Shown piece by piece: positions 32,984-42,100 of a stretch of 53,928 nucleotides of DNA. A program made the position numbers and the translations under genes. The notes below the pieces were generated by a model, which saw only the letters and a program-made list of their open reading frames with translations, had not been told where the DNA came from and ran no database searches. The stretch is from a virus. Every line of letters starts with the position of its first letter. Position 1 is the stretch's first letter. The stretch lies in IMG/VR virus record IMGVR_UViG_3300045988_144911; one strand, 5' to 3'.

Positions 32984-33510
32984 TCAGAACTTACATCAAA
33001 AAGCCGCTTGCCGTTCAGGCGGTGCAATGGACGGGAGATAACACCAATGAAATCATCGATTTCGGAGGCACTGTTAATGGGTGCAACACAATATCGGATA
33101 TCGGTAAAAGCTACTTGGTAGTCCGTACTCTCGAAGGAGATTTGGAAATTTCCCTCGGAGATTATGTCATCCGGGGAACATCCGGCGAGTATTATCCCTG
33201 CAAACCGGATATTTTCGGGAGAATTTACGAAGAGCAGGACGACATGACCTACAAAGAAACCATCACATGGCATGAGGTAAAGACAAGGCCGCTGACAGAC
33301 GAGGAAAAAGACCAGCATTCCACATGGGACATGATAGTCGAAGGCGCAATACCGTATGAAAACGAAGAAATCCTTATTGCCACAAAAAACGGAGTGTTTA
33401 CAGACACCTGCCTGTATGACTACGACGGGGGATTTTACCTCGACAGCGGTAAGGACTGGGATGAAATTCTCGCATGGGCACCAATACCAAGGTACAAGAA
33501 AAATGTTTGA
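32980..33510 (+). CDS. phage protein with DUF551-like C-terminus
   Basis: N-terminal KKPLAVQAVQW...GDYVIRGTSGEYYPCKPDIF; C-terminal W.E.....P.....ILIAT...W..ILAWAPIP. Confidence 0.55.
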   Translation: MIRTYIKKPLAVQAVQWTGDNTNEIIDFGGTVNGCNTISDIGKSYLVVRTLEGDLEISLGDYVIRGTSGEYYPCKPDIFGRIYEEQDDMTYKETITWHEVKTRPLTDEEKDQHSTWDMIVEGAIPYENEEILIATKNGVFTDTCLYDYDGGFYLDSGKDWDEILAWAPIPRYKKNV

Positions 33511-33649
33511 TTTCATTGAGGAATACAAAGCATTAACAAAAGATTTTTGTCCCGCGCCGAACGCAAAATATCAGCCGAAACGGTCAACAGTGCTGAAAAG
33601 AAAGAAAAAACAAAAGAAAAGGCGGAGGAAGAATCGTGATAACCGATAA
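33503..33649 (+). CDS. possible small basic protein (48 aa)
   Basis: Internal ATG of ORF 33356..33649; K/R-rich tail; weak support. Confidence 0.3.
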   Translation: MFDFIEEYKALTKDFCPAPNAKYQPKRSTVLKRKKKQKKRRRKNRDNR

Positions 33650-33821
33650 GAAAGCCCTTGAGGCTTGTAAAACAATCGCCGAATACTGCGCCCAAAGAAG
33701 CTGCTGCCAGAGGTGCATATTCCGCAAGCACAAACCCGACAGGTGGGAGTGCCATGTCTACGCAATGAATATGGCAGAAATTCTGTCAAACATCGAGGCA
33801 AAGAAAAGAGGCAGACTATGA
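33636..33821 (+). CDS. small Cys-rich hypothetical protein
   Basis: 61 aa, alternative start codon; operon context. Confidence 0.45.
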   Translation: MITDKKALEACKTIAEYCAQRSCCQRCIFRKHKPDRWECHVYAMNMAEILSNIEAKKRGRL

Positions 33822-34069
33822 CCCTCTCCCGCAAAACCCGACAGGAAATGCACGACAAGCAGATACAGAGCAACACTCTCTCCCTCTGCTATCTTGCCGC
33901 CGTGCTGACGCTGAACGGAAGATTCGGATTCGGCGAAAAACGGATACAGAAATTCGTCACCGAGTTCGATCAGACCATCAAAGACTACAGAGAGAGATAC
34001 GGAAAAGTTGCTCACGAAGCGCTTGAAAAACACGTAAAAGAAAAAGGAATCGAGGCTGAATGGAAATGA
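33818..34069 (+). CDS. hypothetical protein (83 aa)
   Basis: ATGA overlap with the upstream gene; reads MTLSRKTRQEMHDKQIQSNTLSLCYLAAVLTLNGRFGFGEKR. Confidence 0.5.
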   Translation: MTLSRKTRQEMHDKQIQSNTLSLCYLAAVLTLNGRFGFGEKRIQKFVTEFDQTIKDYRERYGKVAHEALEKHVKEKGIEAEWK

Positions 34070-34347
34070 AAGCAGAAAAAGACGCACTCAGGTTAGTAAA
34101 AGACCTGAATCGACACGAAGCGGAGGTGAAAAGGCTGAGACAAGCCCTTTGCGACAAATTCCGTGACGATTTCGACGGCGGTTATATCGGCGACTTCTTC
34201 ATCGTTGATGAGCCGCAAGGCGACGAGCAGGACGACGGCGAATGGTGTGACCAGTGGACAGGCTACGAATGTGACACCGGAAGCGGCACTTACTACTATG
34301 CCGTCGAAGGATCGAAGAAGTATATCGCCATTACATATGGCTTCTGA
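34060..34347 (+). CDS. hypothetical protein, paralogue 1 of a tandem pair
   Basis: Shares ...DDG.W......Y......G.GT.YY..E.S.KYIA..Y.F with the next gene. Confidence 0.6.
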   Translation: MEMKAEKDALRLVKDLNRHEAEVKRLRQALCDKFRDDFDGGYIGDFFIVDEPQGDEQDDGEWCDQWTGYECDTGSGTYYYAVEGSKKYIAITYGF

Positions 34348-34358
34348 GGAGGAACAAA

Positions 34359-34655
34359 ATGAAAAAAGCAGATTTTCTTGTTGCAGAAGGAGTTGCAGCT
34401 CTTAAGAATCACAGAGAAGCCGAAAAAGGACTTGAGGAATTGATACTCAGATGTTTGTGTGATACGTTCCACGACGATTATCTGGGCTGTGAAATTGAAG
34501 ACTGCTTTATCGCAGACAAACCGGAAGGAGAAATACGCGATGACGGCGTGTGGTACACCTTTTACAACGATTATAAAAACGAAATTGGCGGAGGTACCCG
34601 TTATTACCCAATCGAAGATTCGGAAAAATACATAGCTGTATCATACAGCTTCTGA
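34359..34655 (+). CDS. hypothetical protein, paralogue 2 of a tandem pair
   Basis: Same architecture as 34060..34347; the identical junction TTCTGAGGAGGAACAAAATGA follows both genes. Confidence 0.6.
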   Translation: MKKADFLVAEGVAALKNHREAEKGLEELILRCLCDTFHDDYLGCEIEDCFIADKPEGEIRDDGVWYTFYNDYKNEIGGGTRYYPIEDSEKYIAVSYSF

Positions 34656-34666
34656 GGAGGAACAAA

Positions 34667-34978
34667 ATGAGAAGAAAAACAGAAATTTTTATCTGCGACA
34701 TCTGCGGCATGGAGACGGAAGTCACAGAAGATTTTAAAACACATCGCGTTATGTGTCCGGCAAGAGTTTGTTTTAAGGACGGAAGTCAGATAAAAAACGA
34801 GGCACTGGCAGATATGTGTCCCGACTGCTACAATGCCTATTTTGCACTGTTCGATCAGCATTTCGCCACAATCAAAAAAACTCCATACGGTGATTTCGTT
34901 GTCACCAAAAAATTTAAAACCGAAGACCCATTCACAATAAACGAACCGGAGGAATTCAAAAATGCACCCGACACTTAA
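34667..34978 (+). CDS. hypothetical Cys-containing protein
   Basis: 103 aa; CDICG...CPDC; RBS GAGGAGG. Confidence 0.55.
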   Translation: MRRKTEIFICDICGMETEVTEDFKTHRVMCPARVCFKDGSQIKNEALADMCPDCYNAYFALFDQHFATIKKTPYGDFVVTKKFKTEDPFTINEPEEFKNAPDT

Positions 34979-35243
34979 AACCGCCCTCGATACCTTCGGG
35001 GCATACGCTCAGACCGTCGTCGCGATTGAGGAACTGTCCGAGCTTCAGAAGGAGCTTTGCAAAGCCATCCGCACCGGCATCGGCGACCCGGAAAACCGCG
35101 ACCACATAGCAGAGGAGATCGCCGACGTGTACATCATGCTTGAGCAGATGGAAGCCCTCTTCGACGTGTCCGAGGACGTCCCGCTTTACAGGATAGCAAA
35201 AATCGACCGCCTCGGAAAGAGACTGAAGGAGAATGCAAAATGA
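34962..35243 (+). CDS. MazG-like nucleotide pyrophosphohydrolase (small all-alpha type)
   Basis: AIEELSELQKELCK...IAEEIADVYIMLEQ carries the EExxE...EExxD-type motifs. Confidence 0.55.
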   Translation: MHPTLKTALDTFGAYAQTVVAIEELSELQKELCKAIRTGIGDPENRDHIAEEIADVYIMLEQMEALFDVSEDVPLYRIAKIDRLGKRLKENAK

Positions 35244-35725
35244 CAATAAATCTCCCCGTCAGCATCGGCGATCACGTCTACTTCATCCGCGATCACGAAA
35301 ACCAGAAACGCATAGCCTTCGGCACGATAAAGGAGATATTCTTCTCTCAGAATATGCGCCTCATGATCCGCGTAAAAGGATACCGAGCCGCCGAATGGGG
35401 CGTGAAAGCCTTCAGAACGCGCAAGGAAGCCGAGACCGCCATCGGAAATACCGTGTGGGAAAGCGCAAGCGACGCGCAAAAAAACGCGACAGCAGTGTAT
35501 AATGCCATGGTCGAGTACGTCAGAAACGCGCTCACCGAATCAAGGGAATCGCAAAAGAAGCTCGCCGACCGGGCAGGAGTTTCACAGGGAACCGTCACGA
35601 GCTTCCTCTCCGGAGGACGCTCCGTCGGCACGAACCTGACGCTCGCGCTCCTTGAAGCCTCCGGAATCGACACTTTTGATATGTTCTATACCTACATCGA
35701 CAAAAAGGAGGAAGAGACAGCATGA
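35240..35725 (+). CDS. protein with C-terminal HTH
   Basis: SQKKLADRAGVSQGTVTSFLSGGRSVGTNLTLALLEASGID. Confidence 0.55.
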   Translation: MTINLPVSIGDHVYFIRDHENQKRIAFGTIKEIFFSQNMRLMIRVKGYRAAEWGVKAFRTRKEAETAIGNTVWESASDAQKNATAVYNAMVEYVRNALTESRESQKKLADRAGVSQGTVTSFLSGGRSVGTNLTLALLEASGIDTFDMFYTYIDKKEEETA

Positions 35726-35913
35726 TCTGCCCATACTGCAAAAGCATATTCACAGTCTGCCACGAAGCGCGGAGCAACAACGACGACAACGAAAATTACA
35801 GAAAACGCAAATGCCATGACTGCGGACAAGACTTCTACACCGTCGAGTTCGTCGCCGAGGAAAACGAATCTTTCGTCAAGGCATGGCGAAAAGCCGGGAG
35901 GAAAAGCAAATGA
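35722..35913 (+). CDS. small zinc-ribbon protein (NrdR-like N-terminal ribbon)
   Basis: CPYC...RKRKCHDCGQDFYTVE. Confidence 0.4.
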   Translation: MICPYCKSIFTVCHEARSNNDDNENYRKRKCHDCGQDFYTVEFVAEENESFVKAWRKAGRKSK

Positions 35914-36221
35914 TACACGAATATATAGACCGCTTCAAATTGCTTGATGATTTTAACGAGACAAAGCTTTATAAAATATCGGGGTAGTTTGAAAAGATAA
36001 TCCGCGATCAACCCGCCGCCGATGTAATTGAAGTCAGACATGGTGAATGGTGCGTGATTGAATACGAATACCTGACTTGTTCTGTTTGCGGGGAATCGAT
36101 GTATACAGGGTGTAACAGCACAAAAGAAGCAGAACAATTAAAAACGTACTGGAAATTTTGCCCGTATTGTGGCGCGAAGATGGATACAGAAAAGAAACCG
36201 AAAGGGAGGAAAAGCAAATGA
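35910..36221 (+). pseudogene. gene interrupted by one in-frame TAG (35985-35987); pseudogene or read-through
   Basis: MIHEYIDRFKLLDDFNETKLYKISG-TAG-FEKIIRDQPAADVIEVRHGEWC...CPYCGAKM. ATGA coupling at both ends; no start codon or RBS for the 3' part. Confidence 0.55.
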
Positions 36222-36442
36222 CGACCGAAGAACGTGTCCGGAAGATCCTCGCAAACAGCACCTTCCCCTCGCTCCCCAAAAAGGAACAGCGCGAGGTAAG
36301 GAAACATAAGATCGAGACCCATATTGAAGTTCTCAAATGGCTCCTCGACAACGACGAAATGCCGGACAGCTGGCGCAAAAAGCTGAAAAAAAGACTTGAA
36401 TTCTGGCTTGATACATACGAAAGGGATTATACAAATGGCTGA
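36218..36442 (+). CDS. hypothetical protein (74 aa)
   Basis: ATGA overlap with the upstream gene; reads MTTEERVRKILANSTFPSLPKKEQ. Confidence 0.5.
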   Translation: MTTEERVRKILANSTFPSLPKKEQREVRKHKIETHIEVLKWLLDNDEMPDSWRKKLKKRLEFWLDTYERDYTNG

Positions 36443-36782
36443 CGATAAGCTCTTAAAGGCGGCATCAGATGCGCTGACCGAACTCGCGCATCATTTTCTC
36501 GGCGAAGATTGGTATTCCAGCTACATGAACCAAGAGAATATATACAAAGACATTGTTAATACCATCTGCCGGAGATATCAAGGAGTTAAGGAAGACCCCG
36601 TGCGTAAATGGCGGCGCAGACACAAACGTTGTTCCTTCTGCAATCACTTTGAGTTGTATCCCGAAGACACGAGCACAATCGGAATCGTCAATAAAGGCTG
36701 GTGCAGAGCAAAGAGCAAACAGGTGAACTATTCCTGCCGCCGCATATGCAGATTATTCGAACTGAAAGGAAAACCGAAATGA
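36435..36782 (+). CDS. hypothetical protein (115 aa)
   Basis: Internal ATG at 36435 overlapping the upstream stop; Cys/His-containing C-terminus. Confidence 0.5.
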   Translation: MADDKLLKAASDALTELAHHFLGEDWYSSYMNQENIYKDIVNTICRRYQGVKEDPVRKWRRRHKRCSFCNHFELYPEDTSTIGIVNKGWCRAKSKQVNYSCRRICRLFELKGKPK

Positions 36783-37078
36783 CCGACTACAGCGAAGAAT
36801 TCGACCGCCTCCGCAGAAACCGCGTTGAGCTGTCGTATATAAAGTACGGTCCCGCAAGGATAAACTTCGGCGGCGGCAGAGTAGACGCTCTCAAAACCGC
36901 CGAGGACTGCATCGAAGCCTTCAAGCGGGACAAAAATACCGAACACCTCGTCGACGCCGCGAACTACTTAATGTTCCGCTTTATGTACCCCTACCCCGGA
37001 GAACACTTCCGCGCCACCGACAGCAGCGAAAGCGTAAAACCCGTCGGAATACCGATAAATATGGAGGAATCAATATGA
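36779..37078 (+). CDS. hypothetical protein (99 aa), possibly NTP-pyrophosphohydrolase-like
   Basis: ATGA overlap with the upstream gene; LSYIKYG...EHLVDAANYLMF gives only a weak resemblance. Confidence 0.4.
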   Translation: MTDYSEEFDRLRRNRVELSYIKYGPARINFGGGRVDALKTAEDCIEAFKRDKNTEHLVDAANYLMFRFMYPYPGEHFRATDSSESVKPVGIPINMEESI

Positions 37079-37491
37079 ATATGATCGAAGTTTTGTGCAG
37101 AAACGATAACTGCCAGTTCTACGATGTCAACACAGGACATTGCTGGTGTCCGTATATCGAAATCGGCGACGATCTGACCTGCGATTCGTTTTCGGAGCTT
37201 ACGGTCGAAGTGTGGGGAGAAGAACCGATACAGTTCTGGATTGCGGTAAGGCAGGACGGAGAACCTCACCGCAAGCTCGTCTGGGGCAGAAAGGTAACCG
37301 TCTGCGGAGAGGTTTTCTATACAACGTATGACCTGAGATATAAGGACAAAAACATCCTTCTGACCGACCCGAGAACCGGGTATTTACTGCCATCGCCCGA
37401 AGAGGTTGAAAAGAACATCGAAACAGTTCGCAAGAGGCGAGAAGAACTTCCCGACGTAATGACCTACCCCGTAAAGGAGGACGAACCATGA
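37075..37491 (+). CDS. hypothetical protein
   Basis: 138 aa; operon context. Confidence 0.55.
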   Translation: MNMIEVLCRNDNCQFYDVNTGHCWCPYIEIGDDLTCDSFSELTVEVWGEEPIQFWIAVRQDGEPHRKLVWGRKVTVCGEVFYTTYDLRYKDKNILLTDPRTGYLLPSPEEVEKNIETVRKRREELPDVMTYPVKEDEP

Positions 37492-37832
37492 CCCTGAAAA
37501 ACAAAATCCTGAAAGCCCTCGGCAGAGAAGAGGTGCAATGGTACAGAGAATTCGGTGTCCTCGCTCCCTTCTGCCCGTATTGCGGAGAACCCGCCTACGA
37601 CACGCACAGATGCGCTTTCTGCGGAAGAAAATATATCTGGAGAGATTCGCCCCACCCGCCGACAATCGCTGAATACGGCGATTATACAGCGGCTCAGACC
37701 GGCGGCTCCATCCTCATCTTCAAGGGAGACCGGCTGGTATATCATGCATCGTATACAGGCGACCCCATGACGGAGGACGAGCTGAAAGACCATATAGCCT
37801 TTGTCTTCGGGCTGGGTATGACAGATGACTGA
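37488..37832 (+). CDS. zinc-ribbon-containing hypothetical protein
   Basis: CPYCGEPAYDTHRCAFCG. Confidence 0.55.
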   Translation: MTLKNKILKALGREEVQWYREFGVLAPFCPYCGEPAYDTHRCAFCGRKYIWRDSPHPPTIAEYGDYTAAQTGGSILIFKGDRLVYHASYTGDPMTEDELKDHIAFVFGLGMTDD

Positions 37833-38364
37833 GGAGCAAAAGAAGCTCATGGCGGATAACTATCCGCTTGTGTATGCCTTCGCGAACAGGTTTGCCTTCA
37901 ACAGCAGCGAAACCGACGACTACATAAATGCCGGGTATGAAGCCCTGTACTCCGCCGCCGTTACTTATGACCCGGATAACCGCAATGGAAGCAGCTTCTC
38001 AACCTACGCCTCTGCCTGTATCATGAACGGTATGCGCGTCATGTACAAGCACATCATGCGCAGCCGCGTAAAGGCAGGACAGATGAAGGCGAACTACCGG
38101 TTCGGGGACAATCCGGAGGAAGAAGAACTGCCGTATGAAGAACCCGGCTTCGTCCGCGCCGAAAACGAGGACGTGTGCAGTCAGGCTCTGAAAAATCTCA
38201 CGGAAGAACAGAGAAATTACATCGTAAGACGCTATTTTTGCAAAGAAACCGCAAGAAGCATAGCTAAGGAGTGCGGAGTCTCCCCTCAGCGGATGTGCCA
38301 GAAGGAAAAGAAGATTCTTGAGAAAATGCGCAAAAACGTCACCGGAAGGAGATCCCGCTCATGA
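37825..38364 (+). CDS. sigma-70 family RNA polymerase sigma factor (phage-encoded)
   Basis: Region 2-like YINAGYEALYSAAVTYDP...FSTYASACIMNGM and region 4-like LTEEQRNYIVRRYFCKETARSIAKECGVSPQRMCQKEKKILEKMR. Confidence 0.65.
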   Translation: MTEEQKKLMADNYPLVYAFANRFAFNSSETDDYINAGYEALYSAAVTYDPDNRNGSSFSTYASACIMNGMRVMYKHIMRSRVKAGQMKANYRFGDNPEEEELPYEEPGFVRAENEDVCSQALKNLTEEQRNYIVRRYFCKETARSIAKECGVSPQRMCQKEKKILEKMRKNVTGRRSRS

Positions 38365-38648
38365 AATGGCTGAAATATACCTACAGGGGAGAAACACAAT
38401 ATCGGTGCGAAAAGTGCGGCAGGGAGTACCGTTTTCCCTGTAATAACTGCCCGTCGTGCGGAGCAAAAGCCGACGGAATAACCGAAAGGAAGGTGATCTG
38501 TTACGGAATCAAAAGAACTCAGCCGGTATCACTGGCTGAAAAAGGAGATAGAGGATATCGAGAACCGCATTCTCCGCCTCACCGGGAGAGCGACGCAGAC
38601 GACCCAGACCATGACCGGGATGCCCTTCGGCGGCGGAACGACCGATAA
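38361..38648 (+). CDS. small zinc-ribbon protein; the 3' half of the ORF looks non-genuine (overprints the next gene)
   Basis: YRCEKCG...CNNCPSCG in the first 45 aa; after about 38495 the translation turns compositionally odd while another frame carries a conserved regulator. Confidence 0.45.
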   Translation: MKWLKYTYRGETQYRCEKCGREYRFPCNNCPSCGAKADGITERKVICYGIKRTQPVSLAEKGDRGYREPHSPPHRESDADDPDHDRDALRRRNDR

Positions 38649-38895
38649 AACCGCAATCGCCGCCGAGATCGCAGACGCAAAGGCAGAGCTTGACGACAGA
38701 CGGTATAAGGTCGAGCAGGAGTACGTCCGGCTTCAGAAGTTCATAAGCTCGGTTGACGACCCGCGTATGCGCCTTATAATCCAATACCGCTGTATCGACG
38801 GCAGAAGCTGGCAGAACATAGCCATGAAGCTCGGAGCCTACAATTCCGCAGGAAGCGTAAAGAAAGCATATTACAGATTCATAAAAACGGTATAA
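38611..38895 (+). CDS. RinA/DUF1492-like late transcriptional regulator (first ATG shown; the conserved frame is open from 38497)
   Basis: MTGMPFGGGTTDKTAIAAEIADAKAELD...RMRLIIQYRCIDGRSWQNIAMKLG. The upstream in-frame KELSRYHWLKKEIEDIENRILRL also looks genuine but has no ATG, GTG or TTG. Confidence 0.6.
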   Translation: MTGMPFGGGTTDKTAIAAEIADAKAELDDRRYKVEQEYVRLQKFISSVDDPRMRLIIQYRCIDGRSWQNIAMKLGAYNSAGSVKKAYYRFIKTV

Positions 38896-38938
38896 GAAAA
38901 GACCGGCACACCAAAAACGATGTGCCGGTTTTCTTTTT
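38896..38938. terminator. bidirectional rho-independent terminator between the convergent operons
   Basis: 8-bp stem CCGGCACA/TGTGCCGG flanked by an A-run on one side and TTTTCTTTTT on the other. Confidence 0.8.
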
Positions 38939-39146
38939 ACGCCGTAACGAAGGCGAATATCTTATCGGTTATACTGCTCTTCAGCCGGTTGTAGGTCGAC
39001 AGACTGATGTTCAGCGCAAGCGTAGTCTCAATCCCGCTCTTCCCGCGCCGCAGATACGGTATCACCTCAAGCTCACGGTCGGTAAAACCGCATTCCGGGA
39101 TAAGCCGCTCCCACAGCGCGGACGGATAATCGTACCTCACCATCAC
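38937..39146 (-). CDS. small LuxR/GerE-type HTH regulator
   Basis: FTDRELEVIPYLRRGKSGIETTLALNISLSTYNRLKSSITDKI; its start overlaps the giant gene stop. Confidence 0.6.
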   Translation of the reverse strand: MMVRYDYPSALWERLIPECGFTDRELEVIPYLRRGKSGIETTLALNISLSTYNRLKSSITDKIFAFVTA

Positions 39147-42100
39147 GCTTTACCCGCTTTGCGGAGGACTTTGAGTATGTCCGCCTCGGTGATGCCGTAT
39201 TCTCCGTATGTCTTCAGCATCTTTTTGATGTACGCCGCTCTCTTCGATACGTCAATGTAGATAAGCTGTTCCTTCACTTCCTTCTCCATCTTCCTGTGCA
39301 TCTCGTCGTAAACCTCGTCGTCGGTCTTGGAGCCTCCGTCCTCCCTCTCCCGCCGCTTCATTGCGGATTCGATGAAGTCTTCAAACTCCTTGCCCTCAAG
39401 ACTGCTCACGGCGGATACAGAGCTTACAATGCTGTTCACCTTAGCCTTGTACGAACCGGGATTGACCTTCCTCAGCTCATACAGATCGTCCATCAGAGAG
39501 GATTTCATAACGGCATTCTTTATCTTGGTCTCGGTGTACCCGTGATAAATCATGTCCCGCTTGATCTTCACATAGTCGGAATACCTGCCCCGGTCAACAG
39601 CGTCGCGGAGAACATCGTAATAAGCCTCAGTTACCGCCGCCTTGTTCGTAAGCTCAACGTCCTTCCATGCCTTCAGATAGTTGTACTGAGTCATCGGTGA
39701 GACAAGACCGGAGTCAAATATGATTCTGTCAAGACCCGCCTTGAAATCACGGATTACGTTCTTCGCCGACCATCCGAACAGATTGGATGCCGCATTCACA
39801 ATGTCCTGAAGCATTCCGAGATTCGGACGACCGCCGTTCTGCGAGATGAGATACTTGTTTATCAGCCCTCCGAGGTCGGTAAGAGCCGCAAGATCCATTC
39901 TCTCAACAGTCTTTCCGAACGCGCCGGATTCGATCGCCGTCCATACCGTTTCAGCAAGCTGCCATACGGGAGCAAGCCCTCCGGACAGTATGTCCTTTAG
40001 AGCGTTTTCACTGAACGATTTCAGAATATCGTCCCACAGCTCGTCGTCGTCGTCTCTGTCAAGAGTTCCGCGCCAGAGCGATACAAGCGTTGTTATCGCC
40101 GACACCGCGACCGTGTTCGCAACGGAGGAAGCGATAACCTTGACAAGTTTCTTTTTTGCGCCCGGCTTTCCTCTCGCCGCGTCGTTTATCGCGGAGGTCA
40201 GATATGAATACTGCTTCAACGGTTCGTTCTGGAATGCATACAGGAACTTGCTTGCCGTCCCCGCATTCTGAACAGCCATCGACGAATCAAGCGCCGACTG
40301 AACGACCTGTGTCTTTCCGATGACCTCAGAGAATTTGCTGTTGACCGCTTCAAAGTATTCCTTGCTTCCCTTGGTATACTTGTTCTGCGCGTCGATCTCG
40401 GCTTTGCTCATTCTCCATAGCCTCGACCACGTCCACATATCCGCAAACTCTGCGCCCGAATCCATTGCGTCGTTTATTTTTACGAGAAAGTTTTTCGGTT
40501 CGTTGTTATACAGTTCCTCAAAGCTCTTTCTCGTCATGTTCTCCGACGCGCCCCAGTTCTTCAGCTTTGCAACTCCCGAATGCTCAAGCATTTCGTTCAT
40601 CTCCGCTTTGACCTGCGACGGGCTTAAATCCTTGAAGCTGTTCCATGCTTTAATTCCGGCTGACGAGAATTCCGGCAATGCGCGGAATATCGACATCGGC
40701 TGTTTCAGTACGACTGAGATGTTTTTCGCAACCGCCGCCGCCTTGTAGTTCGACAGCAGTTTTTCGGAAAACGCTTCGACTCCCTGACTTGCATATATTT
40801 CGGTTCCGCTCAGATTGTTGATGAGGTTTCTGTAGAATTTATCTGCCTGACCTCCATACTGCCTTATGAGTGTCTGTTTCAGACTTGTCCCGTTTCCAAG
40901 CCTCAGCGCGTACATCTTCTTCGCGTTGTCAAGCTCCTGCGCAAAGGCGTTGTACTGCGCCATGTTAGTCAGATGCCGTCCGATAACGTCGTAAATGTCC
41001 TCGGCAACAAGTGCTTTTCCGGCGCGTCCGGTTCTCTCTTTGGTAAAGCTCAGACCGAGAAGATTCATTTCGTAGTTCGGATTGTCGGCAATCGCGCGGT
41101 AATCGTCTGCCGTCCTCATCGGGAAGTAGTTCTCCGTCGTGTACTTCTTGTAACCGTACATCGCCATTGATACTTCGTTTCCGAGCCGCGCCGCCTCTCC
41201 GTTCAGGATCGCGGATATCCTGTCAGCACACGCTATCTGCGCGTCAGTCAGAGACCCGATGATCTTGTCTGCGTCAGCCTCGTTCAGAACAAGTTTTCTG
41301 CTCTGCTCGTTGAATACGCTCACTGTTCTGAAAATTCTCCAGTTTTTTGTTCTGTTTTCTTTGGTCTGCACGTCAGCCTTTGCTTTGAATTTTCCAATGA
41401 CAAGCCCGCCGTCTTTGTTGAACAGGCATCTTCTCGAATCCTCCTGATTCAGGAGCAGATGTACCGTCATCAGCTGTGAAGGCGTTGCACGGAGTGTGCC
41501 GGTCGAAAGGTTGAGCGTGATCTCCTTGGCTTTCTTTCCGTGCCACCCCTCCGGGATTCCTTCTTTTCCAATCGCGTCAGACATAAGCGACGACAGCAGC
41601 TCGATGTTCGCTCCGAATTTGTCCTGACACTTTCTGAATGTCCGAAGCTGTTCGTCCATTACGTCAGAATCAATGCCGTTGAAAAATCCGTATGCGTCGA
41701 TAGAACCGTAGTGTACCCACTCAAGCCCTTTTCTGAGAGTGTTAAAACCCGTCAACACCCGCGTTTTTCTGTCCCTGTTTTTCGCAAGCCCGATCTCCTT
41801 CTGCGCCTGCCAAGACTTCGCCGCAAGCCCTTCTCTCGGGTCGTAAAGCCGCTTGATCTCCGCCGTCAGGTGCTTCAGCTGATTGAATATTCCGTTAAGC
41901 TCCTCAAGCTGCGCCGAGGAAAGCTCCGTCAGCTTCTTTCCCTGATTGGCTTCCACCCACGCCGCCATTCTCTCAAGCAAGCCGGAGTCAACGATAAGCT
42001 GCTTCTCCTGAACATTCAGGTCGGTCTCGGCAATGTCAAGCCCGTTTTTGCCGTCCTCTGCCGTTGCGTTATTCGCCGCTTCGATGACCCTCAATATCCT

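Noticed and set aside
35985-35987. Genome-wide TAG reassignment (code-15-like recoded phage)
   Set aside because: All late, lysis and replication genes are intact under the standard code, only one in-frame TAG was found, one gene (18160..18588) appears to end in TAG, and no suppressor tRNA is encoded.
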